DNA of 64,000 nucleotides from a virus, in the IMG/VR virus record IMGVR_UViG_3300025030_000046, positions 32,001 to 96,000 of that record; one strand, written 5' to 3'. A model generated the notes under the pieces. It saw nothing but the letters and a program-made list of their open reading frames with translations, had not been told where the DNA came from and ran no database searches. The position numbers were made by a program, and so were the translations under genes. Shown piece by piece: positions 11,399 to 19,525 of this stretch (its first letter is position 1; each line of letters begins with the position of its first letter).

Positions 11399-11878
11399 TT
11401 AATTATTTTCAAAATTATAAATAGTCACATCATAATTCTCAAATATTCGGTTAATCATATCGTAAACAACATTCCAGTCTCCGCCACCTAATCCACAACC
11501 AAGATTATAAGGAATAGCCACTGAGTAACCATTGAGAGAACTATTTGTATTATTAACTGCTTTATATACAATTTTTAAAGCCTTTGCTAATGCTGCATAA
11601 TCTGTCTGTTGAATATGTGTTCCATAATTACTTTGTCCACATAGGTTAGCTATAATTTTATTATCATGTGTAAATACACCAAATATAACTTCTCCTAATA
11701 ATGATTGATTCTCTGACAAATATTCTTTACAAATATGGCGATAATTTGCATAAACGTACGGATATTTCTCTTTAATCTGGTAAGCTAAACCTCCACCCAT
11801 AACACCCATACAATTAACTTGATGACAAATTATATCTTCTGTCGCTTCTAGGATATTGCCTTCAACTATTTTAATCAT
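11399..11878 (-). CDS. Macrodomain protein (TARG1/DarG/Poa1p-like ADP-ribose eraser/binder)
   Basis: IVEGNIL...ICHQVNCMGVMGGGLA...IPYNLGCGLGGGDW. Confidence 0.9.
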   Translation of the reverse strand: MIKIVEGNILEATEDIICHQVNCMGVMGGGLAYQIKEKYPYVYANYRHICKEYLSENQSLLGEVIFGVFTHDNKIIANLCGQSNYGTHIQQTDYAALAKALKIVYKAVNNTNSSLNGYSVAIPYNLGCGLGGGDWNVVYDMINRIFENYDVTIYNFENN

Positions 11879-11900
11879 TTTGTTGCCTCACAATTATATT

Positions 11901-12374
11901 TTACTTACTTAATTTTTCTATTTCGCTTAATAGGTGCTGTATCATTGCCCTATTATATGCAATCTTCAACCCTGTTTTTCTACTGTAATTATCTTCTTTA
12001 TTACACTTGGCAACACCTTTGCTGCCATCTTCCAAAATAACTATGGTGGCTATGTCTTTATGCATAACTTTTCCTCTTGATGCTGGTACATAAAATTTAC
12101 TCGTGTTAACTTCACCAGTTGACGTATTTCTTTCAATAAATTCTTGTGTGTGTCCTTTATACTCTATTATCTTATGTTCTTCTTGTCTTACTCGGTTATT
12201 TTCAGATATCTTCACACTATCAGTCACTATAATATTCATGTTTTCTAATTCCTTTCTGTATTTAACAGCATCATTAAAGTCTTTAAATCCTTTTCTAATG
12301 ATTTTATTTGCTATCTGCAATTTTGCCATCCATCTTTGCTTATATGTATCAAAATAAACACCAGTAACACTCAT
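11901..12374 (-). CDS. AP2-like DNA-binding domain fused to phage domain
   Basis: SVTGVYFD...RWMAKL...F..FNDAVKYRKELE. Confidence 0.6.
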   Translation of the reverse strand: MSVTGVYFDTYKQRWMAKLQIANKIIRKGFKDFNDAVKYRKELENMNIIVTDSVKISENNRVRQEEHKIIEYKGHTQEFIERNTSTGEVNTSKFYVPASRGKVMHKDIATIVILEDGSKGVAKCNKEDNYSRKTGLKIAYNRAMIQHLLSEIEKLSK

Positions 12375-12384
12375 ATTTTTATAT

Positions 12385-13590
12385 TTACCTCAATTCCACT
12401 AAATATTGTATAGTTAATTGCTCTTCTTTATATACTATAATTTCATCATTTCTCAACATTGATCCAGCATGAGCATGTAGACAATTAGCTCCTGCACAAT
12501 TTTTTTGTAGCGATTCGTAATTAAAATTATAATATTTACTATCAAATGAATATGCGTCATATGGTTTTCCATAAGCTACATTGTATAAACTCATAAAAGC
12601 TGAATTAGAACTTCCTCCAGCCCAATATGAGCCATGCAGCGAAGTATATCCTAAACTCTTTTGTGCCGATGGTGCAAAATAAATCCCATGACCAAACATC
12701 TTACCCGTAATTACTGCTGATGGTCTTAAAACTAAGCCAGTATTAATGATTGACCACCAATTTTCATTCCTAGAACCATGCCATAATAGTTTTATATTTT
12801 TGATACTTGCATCTTTAGTAAATTTATTAAACTTTTCTTGAGTTTTTAAATTAATAACTTTCCAAGCTTGATAAAATTTATCACTACATGAGCCAAGATT
12901 TTGCTTAATTAATTGCTTTTCTTGTTGTGTAATTTCCTCAAATCTTAATCCTACAGCATCTAAAATAGTTTGGTTTATAGTTGGAGAATCTTCTTCCTCA
13001 ATATTTTCTTCAACAATAGATTGTTGTACAACTTGACCCTTCATTATATCAAGCAAATCTTGCTCTCTTTGAATTGTTTCTCCAAAGTCTTTTTTATCAG
13101 TAGCTAAATAATCTTTAACTTTTCCCATTTTACGAGGTATAATTCTAAATAATTCAATGAGAACTTTGTTAAACAATTCAATATTGTCAGTAGTAATTAG
13201 ATTATTTAGTGTGACCTGTGCTTCATCTATCATTGTTTTTGTAACTTTGTTTGATGATATTGTGTAATTATCTGCGATAGCCTGTCTTGCCATAGATTGA
13301 AGCCTTGCTACTATAGCTGATATTGACGCATTTTCAATATCCTTATACTCTTTCTTCTTTTGTTTAACAATTGTTTCTGCTACTAGCCTTGTTTGATCGA
13401 GATAGCCTTTTCTTAACTTTTCATTAAGCTTCTTATTCCATTGCGACATAGAATATTGTGCGGTTTGGTATCCTGAATTTCCAACTCTCCCAAATTGAAC
13501 TTCAAACATATCTCCGTTGGGTATCATTCTATAGTATTTATTATTGTTGGCATCCGCTTCTACCATGACTAAATACAACGAACCTTCCAT
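12385..13590 (-). CDS. WGR-domain poly/mono(ADP-ribose) polymerase (PARP family)
   Basis: NNNKYY...FGRVG (WGR); LWHGSR...GKMFGHGIYFA...KSLGY...NDEIIVY (H-Y-E triad); start 13590 after AGGAG. Confidence 0.93.
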   Translation of the reverse strand: MEGSLYLVMVEADANNNKYYRMIPNGDMFEVQFGRVGNSGYQTAQYSMSQWNKKLNEKLRKGYLDQTRLVAETIVKQKKKEYKDIENASISAIVARLQSMARQAIADNYTISSNKVTKTMIDEAQVTLNNLITTDNIELFNKVLIELFRIIPRKMGKVKDYLATDKKDFGETIQREQDLLDIMKGQVVQQSIVEENIEEEDSPTINQTILDAVGLRFEEITQQEKQLIKQNLGSCSDKFYQAWKVINLKTQEKFNKFTKDASIKNIKLLWHGSRNENWWSIINTGLVLRPSAVITGKMFGHGIYFAPSAQKSLGYTSLHGSYWAGGSSNSAFMSLYNVAYGKPYDAYSFDSKYYNFNYESLQKNCAGANCLHAHAGSMLRNDEIIVYKEEQLTIQYLVELR

Positions 13591-13634
13591 ATCTTCTCCT
13601 TTCCACATAAAACATAAATTTTCTTGTAATTTTA

Positions 13635-14354
13635 TCAATTTTCCAACCATTTATTATCAAAATAATAGAACAATGCTACCAATCCTAATATAAATATTAT
13701 CCAGAATATCCAAAAAATAAAAGTACTTGAGTCTGACGTAACCAGCTTCATTGTTTTATCTATTGTCATATCTTTATAAAACATTGCTCCATCTTTACTG
13801 ATATTTCTGTCTAGCAAACAAGCAAATATAGTACCTTTTAATTCTGGCTTGCACCCATAATATTGATATCTTATGTGTGGTGATTCGTTAATTGTAGTAA
13901 TATGATCCTCGCCTTGTCTATTAAATTGAGAATAATTAAAGTTCTGTCCACAAAAAGTAACTTTTTTACCTACAAGTGATTCAGATTGAACCGTATCCCA
14001 CGTCCAGTACGTTTCTGTTCTATGATGCGTACTTTTACCGACCCTATAAGATACTTGTCTGGTGTGCATAGTGTATCGCTCTTTGTTTTTAGCAATGGAG
14101 AGGTATTTACCTGAAATTTCTGGATATGCTACTGCATCTACGGCTTTCAAATCTCCGTATATAAAGGCATTTCCAATACTTGTATCCATGCCATATTTAA
14201 ATAATTCTGCACTCTCTATTTTAGTTGCTTTATTATATTTATCATTCGCATCTATAAGATTATCTGATATCTTGCCAACAATTAGAAATCCAATTAATAA
14301 CATGATTGCAACAATAGATACGCTGGCTATAATTTCTCTTTTTGTAATCTTCAT
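13635..14354 (-). CDS. Membrane protein with two TM segments, LemA-associated
   Basis: Hydrophobic N- and C-terminal helices; directly follows lemA-like gene. Confidence 0.7.
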   Translation of the reverse strand: MKITKREIIASVSIVAIMLLIGFLIVGKISDNLIDANDKYNKATKIESAELFKYGMDTSIGNAFIYGDLKAVDAVAYPEISGKYLSIAKNKERYTMHTRQVSYRVGKSTHHRTETYWTWDTVQSESLVGKKVTFCGQNFNYSQFNRQGEDHITTINESPHIRYQYYGCKPELKGTIFACLLDRNISKDGAMFYKDMTIDKTMKLVTSDSSTFIFWIFWIIFILGLVALFYYFDNKWLEN

Positions 14355-14355
14355 A

Positions 14356-14904
14356 TTACTTACTCTTGAAAAGATTTTGTGGAGCATCTTTAGGGGCATT
14401 ATAGTCAAGATATTTAAATTCAATTATTTCATATCCTAGTAATCCTAAGAATTGTTTATTGGGGAACTTCCTAACATACCTATTATAATTTTTAATTTGT
14501 GTATTATAGTTGCTGCGATGTTGAGCAATCATATTTTCAGTAATACTCAGTTCATTCATTAACTGTTTATAATTTTCATTTGCTTTTAGTTGTGGATACG
14601 CTTCTGCCGTTGCGGATATTAAGGTAGTAACATCTGAAATTAATTTGCCTCCTGCACTTCTACCATCAACTACGCTTTTTAATGTAGTGTACTCATGTTT
14701 GTCATACTCTTTTACTGTGTCAACTAGGTTGTAAATTAAATCAACTCTACGTTTTTCTTGTACTTTAATATCTGAATCTGCTGTTTTAATTTGCTCTTCA
14801 AGGCTAATAGCTTTGTTTTGAACTCCATTAACCATAAATATAGATAATAGAATTAGTGATATAACTCCTGCTATAATAATTGCCGTAAGTTTAAAATTTT
14901 TCAT
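14356..14904 (-). CDS. LemA family protein
   Basis: N-terminal TM; RRVDLIYNLV; EAYPQLKANENY..L..EL...EN.IA..R..YN. Confidence 0.9.
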   Translation of the reverse strand: MKNFKLTAIIIAGVISLILLSIFMVNGVQNKAISLEEQIKTADSDIKVQEKRRVDLIYNLVDTVKEYDKHEYTTLKSVVDGRSAGGKLISDVTTLISATAEAYPQLKANENYKQLMNELSITENMIAQHRSNYNTQIKNYNRYVRKFPNKQFLGLLGYEIIEFKYLDYNAPKDAPQNLFKSK

Positions 14905-14951
14905 TATAAAATCCTCCATTATATTATTTAAATTTTAGGTAAAACAAATTT

Positions 14952-15142
14952 TTAACATAAATTTTCTATTTCAAATCTCCTTAATTCTTCTAGCAGTTCA
15001 CTGTCTTCAAAAAAGAATGGGTCTCTTTCTAATCCGTTTAACCAATTGCTAACAAATTGTCCGAATCTCCAGTCAGGCACTTTATTCCATACTCTCTCTC
15101 AATCTCATCCAAGAATGGCTTTATTCTGTTTGGATCTCTCAT
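14952..15142 (-). pseudogene. Small phage ORF (MRDPNRI...WNKVPDWRFGQ type) broken by an extra GA in a (GA)n repeat
   Basis: Manual translation; removing 2 nt at about 15092-15100 restores a continuous frame. Confidence 0.6.
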
Positions 15143-16154
15143 CTACTTTCTCCTTTACTTTTATATTTTAGATTATAAGCTGTATATAAACTCATAATAA
15201 GTTATTTTTAAAGGGAGGGGTAAAATAATACCCCTAAATAATTACATTTTACGAATGTCCTAATTGCTCCCAATAATCAGCGTCTATTTTTTCTTTCTGT
15301 TGAATACTAAAGCCGTTGATGTCATTGAAATTGAATACTATAACCATATAGCCATTAGCATCATTAAAATCTGTTTTATTTGCTGATAATAGAACGCATA
15401 GGGCTTCTACTGCATCCACAATTTGCTGAGTGTTAACTAACAAAGAACAATTTGTTTTAAACATTTTTTAACCTCCTTTTAATTAAACGTCATTTCAATA
15501 TGGCAGTGGTTATCACTGAGTGAAGACACCAAAACAGTTGAATTTCCAAACTTTATTCGTCTACGATCTCCGTTGACAACCTCCACTTTCTTTAATTCAT
15601 CAATCGTTCCCACAATTTTCATTAATTGTCTGGCTAATTTTCTTTCCACTACGTCTTTATCCGTCATACTTTTCACCTCCTTGAAGTAATAACTTCAATT
15701 ATTTTAAACGACCCACTTAACGTGTAATTTATATTAAAGGCTTGCGCCTATAATCTTTATTGCGACCAATTAATACCCTTTAATTTTTTCATTGTTGAAA
15801 TGTAATTTTCTATATATTTTTTATAATCATAAGGCTCTTTTGGTGGATTTATGTATACTTTAAACGGACTTTCACTCCATATTTCTTCAAATTTGCTTTT
15901 CATTTTAACCTCACTGTTTTATATTTTAGTTTATTGAATTATTTGTAAAATTTTATTTACTGCATCATCTACATTTAGTTTTCTCAGCTGTGCCTTTTTC
16001 TTCTGTATTTTTAAAGCTTTTACTTCTCCGTCAGCATATGAGGCATTAATACTATTGTTTTTCTTTAGCTTTTTAAGCCAATTTGGTTTATAAGTTAATC
16101 TTCTACTCATATATTTTCTCCTATATTGCTATTAAGCTGCTATTTATTAAATTG

Positions 16155-16264
16155 TGCGGTTGGCAGGACTCAAACCTACACGTAACTTGTAGTCAGTTGA
16201 CACATGATATTTAGTATGACACGCCTCATGCTGGCGATGCGTCTATCAATTTCGCCACAACCGC
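16155..16264 (-). ncRNA. tRNA-like RNA (class II/Leu-like scaffold, degenerate, enlarged variable region)
   Basis: Acceptor GCGGTTG/CAACCGC+A; D-arm TGGCGAAATTGATAGACGC; T-arm GTAGG-TTTGAGT-CCTGC; CGCC/GGCG stem with loop AGCATGA. Confidence 0.7.
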
Positions 16265-16490
16265 ATGAAAATAATATTTTTACTTTAATAATACCAATCT
16301 CGAAAGAAAAAATATCTCATGTCATGTTCAGATACATCTGGAAATTTTTTCACTACATACTTACAAAATATTTTATAAATTTTACTAGCTTTTATTCTAT
16401 TTCCAGTTTGTTTTTCGTCTATAATCCAATCCCTTAAATCATTTAAATTAACTTTTTTCATATTTTACTCCATAAAACTATTATTTTATA

Positions 16491-16859
16491 CTAACATGTA
16501 TAAGGTTCGTCACAACCGTTATACCATTGATGAGCCAGTATATAAATATCTGTGGGCTTGAAATTTAGCTTATTTTTATATTGATTAATTATCTTTTTAA
16601 TATCAGCCAAACTCATATAAAATTCGGGATCATTGCCATCAGACCAATCATTACAAATAATAATATCCACATATAATTCATCATTATAATCAATAATTCT
16701 TATATTATCCTTTTCTAATATTTTATTAATTTCATACAAATCTTTACCATCTTCCATATGTACATTTAGCAAGTCTTTATTCATTATAGATAATAATTCT
16801 TTGATGTTTTGAAACTCTGTTTTTAATCTTATACAATTAGTAGTCATATAATCGCTCAT
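16491..16859 (-). CDS. Hypothetical protein
   Basis: 122-aa ORF with RBS, bounded by junction palindromes at 16472 and 16875. Confidence 0.7.
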   Translation of the reverse strand: MSDYMTTNCIRLKTEFQNIKELLSIMNKDLLNVHMEDGKDLYEINKILEKDNIRIIDYNDELYVDIIICNDWSDGNDPEFYMSLADIKKIINQYKNKLNFKPTDIYILAHQWYNGCDEPYTC

Positions 16860-17099
16860 AATATCATCCTTCCTTTAAAATCTGTCTTTTATCTGAAAAA
16901 TTTCCAATAACTTTTATGATAACCACATTTTTTACATGTTACAGAAACTTTATCACCTTCTCTGCTCCCACAAAAATCACTTTTTTCTACATAATATTTT
17001 TCTTCATAATTAAAATCGTGATTGCAAAAACATTCTTTAAAATAATTTATTAGCCACTTCATAACCTTCTCCTTAAAATAAGCATTTCAAATTAATTAA

Positions 17100-17316
17100 T
17101 GTGGCGAGCAGGATTTGAACCTGCACAATACTTATGGCTCTAATAATCTACACTAACGCTTTAATACGTTACGCCTGTCACCTAGGATTCTTGCCACCTC
17201 TGGACTGTGTAAACACATTCCACACCTCGATTATTAGCTGAACCACGTTTGACGACTAATTAGTCCTAGTATCACATTATTGTCTTCAGCGTGTATTTAC
17301 GTTTCACCATCGCCAC
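17100..17316 (-). ncRNA. tRNA-like RNA with about 165-nt structured insert replacing anticodon/variable arms
   Basis: Acceptor GTGGCGA/TCGCCAC+A; D-arm GTG...CAC; canonical T-arm GCAGG-TTCAAAT-CCTGC; internal helix CTAATAATC/GATTATTAG. Confidence 0.75.
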
Positions 17317-17323
17317 ATATATA

Positions 17324-17470
17324 ATTTGTAACTGGTAGGTTGGCAACCCTACATCTCTTTAAGACCATTTCTAATATATATTTTAAAATACACTATTAAA
17401 AATTCCTAACATCATTCCTGAAAATTAGTTTCTGGCGTGGCAGCCGCCCATTCTGCCCTCAGTTACAAAT
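17324..17470 (-). ncRNA. tRNA-shaped RNA with AT-rich insert
   Basis: Terminal stem ATTTGTAACTG/CAGTTACAAAT; D-position hairpin GGCAG/CTGCC; T-position hairpin GTAGG/CCTAC. Confidence 0.6.
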
Positions 17471-17477
17471 ATTTAAT

Positions 17478-17614
17478 TTACAAAGGTAGAACCATTTTAT
17501 ATAGCACGTTCACTTATTAGCTACTTCAACCTACTTCTATATCACTTTTGATCCAAATGCATTTGGCAGATATATATTAAGCCTTAACTCCAAACTTTTC
17601 AGCCACCTTTGTAA
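17478..17614 (-). ncRNA. Putative end-paired small RNA
   Basis: Terminal stem TTACAAAGGTGG/CTACCTTTGTAA; internal CCAAATGCATTTGG palindrome; no ORF. Confidence 0.5.
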
Positions 17615-17633
17615 TTAATTTAAAATTGTCCTT

Positions 17634-18083
17634 TTATTGTATCAGAGTATTTAATATCATCAGAATTCTATTAAATAAATCTCTGTCTTTGGGATTATCT
17701 CTGTCTAACAAATAATCAAATCTTCTCCCATAGCCTTCAAATAAATATATTTCTAGGTTATTATAGTTGTTAACCATATTTCTCATCGAGTCATATACAT
17801 TCTTATTCAATGCATATGCATCCATCATTGCTGTATAATTAAATAAGTCTTTTACAGTATCTTGTAAACTTTCATCTGACACTACTTCTAACGCATTTGT
17901 AAGATCCTTGCCGCTTGTTAATTGACTAATTCTTTTTAACTTATCTTCAGCTCTTACTGCATAAGCTATATCTCCCCATTTATCAAGCGATTCATTAAAA
18001 CTATTACCATACAATTGATTTTTAGCTTTAAAAACTCTGAATTGTTCTTGTACAAATGATTCTTTGCTCATTTCGACCTCCAA
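17634..18083 (-). CDS. DUF1599/nucleotide-modification-associated domain protein
   Basis: KNQLYGNSF...VRAEDKLKRI...DESLQDTVKDLFNY. Confidence 0.75.
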   Translation of the reverse strand: MEVEMSKESFVQEQFRVFKAKNQLYGNSFNESLDKWGDIAYAVRAEDKLKRISQLTSGKDLTNALEVVSDESLQDTVKDLFNYTAMMDAYALNKNVYDSMRNMVNNYNNLEIYLFEGYGRRFDYLLDRDNPKDRDLFNRILMILNTLIQ

Positions 18084-18086
18084 ATT

Positions 18087-18725
18087 TTATATTTTATTTT
18101 TAAGAATATAAACATCTAATTTTTGCACTCCAAAATCCATAGCGTCTGAATTATTTTTCATATAAACATCTATACAATTATTTTTTATTGCTCCGCCTCT
18201 ATCCTCGGCTATAAATATGCCCTCATTTGGATAGTCTTTAAAATATGGTATGTATATTTTAGTTCCAAATGGTATTCGTTTACCTGTTGCTATTGTGTGC
18301 CATTCCTTGACCTTTTCTCCCGATGCAGTAATTCCATATGCAGGACTACTAGGATATTTTTGGCAAGATTCATAAGACAAATCATAAGCAGTAACTTTCA
18401 TTTTACATTTTTCAATTACCTCAAATCTATCAAAATTACCTCTCGATGATAATTCTATTGCTCTTTCTTTTATATTTTGTTTTATTGGGATAGGTTTAAT
18501 TTCTTTTGGTTTATGTGTGTTTATAACCTTTTTAGCTTCGATATTCGGCTTAGATTTTGGTATTGGATTTATTTTTTCTATGCCGCTTTTAATGCTTTGA
18601 AAAACTAGCAACAATGCTGCTGTTAATATGAGTGCTATAATGAATGAAAATCTTTTTAAGTGACGTATTTTTATTCTGTATCTTCGATTTGTTTTGAGAG
18701 ATTTAAATATTAATTTTTTGAACAT
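18087..18725 (-). CDS. Membrane-anchored 3D-domain (cell-wall/lytic transglycosylase-like) protein
   Basis: TM helix; VTAY...GITASG...IPFGTKIYIP...EDRGGAIK...IDVY. Confidence 0.88.
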   Translation of the reverse strand: MFKKLIFKSLKTNRRYRIKIRHLKRFSFIIALILTAALLLVFQSIKSGIEKINPIPKSKPNIEAKKVINTHKPKEIKPIPIKQNIKERAIELSSRGNFDRFEVIEKCKMKVTAYDLSYESCQKYPSSPAYGITASGEKVKEWHTIATGKRIPFGTKIYIPYFKDYPNEGIFIAEDRGGAIKNNCIDVYMKNNSDAMDFGVQKLDVYILKNKI

Positions 18726-18752
18726 TATATATCTTCCCTCCCTTCGTTTAAT

Positions 18753-18798
18753 ATTATATACTATGTGTTTTCTGGTGTCAACAACTATTTTATATTTT
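18753..18798 (-). promoter_or_regulatory. Sigma-A-type promoter with upstream AAAATATAAAA box
   Basis: Minus strand AAAATATAAAA-TAGTTG-TTGACA...TATAAT. Confidence 0.7.
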
Positions 18799-18811
18799 AG
18801 TTTATTGATTT

Positions 18812-19495
18812 TTATATTATTATTCTTTCAAAATCCAGTGTTTCAGTATCTATTGTCCAGCCTCTCAATTCGTTCCTTTCATGTCTACAAGCACAGTTAA
18901 ATACCAGTGTATTGCCTATTTCATCAACTCCTGCTGCTTCATGTATATGCCCACATAGCCATATTTTAGGTTGTTTTTCTTCTATTAGTTTTCTTATACT
19001 CTTACTACCAACTTCTCTACCATCATTACATTTATCTAAACATTGATATGGAGGATCATGAGCAATTACGATTGATTGATTATCTATCTGCAATTTGCTT
19101 AATTCATAAGCTATTTTATTTTCATTAGCCTCTCTATTAGTTGTAAATGGCGTAATATGTACTAACTCAAACGGTACTAAAAATTGTTTTGTATAATGGC
19201 AATTTGGTAAATATCTTAAATCATAACTATCTGCTTCCATCCAGTCGTCGTTTGATAGGATGAAGTGTGTACGATATTTATCTGACTGTAATATATTTAG
19301 TATATCATCTAAATCTTGTTTTTGTTTTTTACCAAACTCAATTAATGTTCCTCCCCAATTTTTACCACCAATATCTCCACAGATTATTAATTCATCTGTG
19401 TCTGAGTTTTCAAGAAATTTTTTAAGGTTACGTGCAATTATTTTATTGCCATGTATATCGCTCGTCGCAAAAATTTTCAATCTATTTACCTCCAT
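18812..19495 (-). CDS. Calcineurin-like metallophosphoesterase
   Basis: SDIHG, CGDI, SNDD (GND variant), AHDPP, CGHIHE. Confidence 0.88.
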   Translation of the reverse strand: MEVNRLKIFATSDIHGNKIIARNLKKFLENSDTDELIICGDIGGKNWGGTLIEFGKKQKQDLDDILNILQSDKYRTHFILSNDDWMEADSYDLRYLPNCHYTKQFLVPFELVHITPFTTNREANENKIAYELSKLQIDNQSIVIAHDPPYQCLDKCNDGREVGSKSIRKLIEEKQPKIWLCGHIHEAAGVDEIGNTLVFNCACRHERNELRGWTIDTETLDFERIII

Positions 19496-19525
19496 TAGTT
19501 CTATACTTTGAATAAATCAGATATT

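Noticed and set aside
17100-17316. tmRNA or group I intron-containing tRNA
   Set aside because: Too short for tmRNA, has a D-stem, no G3-U70 pair or tag ORF seen; group I core motifs not recognised by eye (Infernal needed to exclude)
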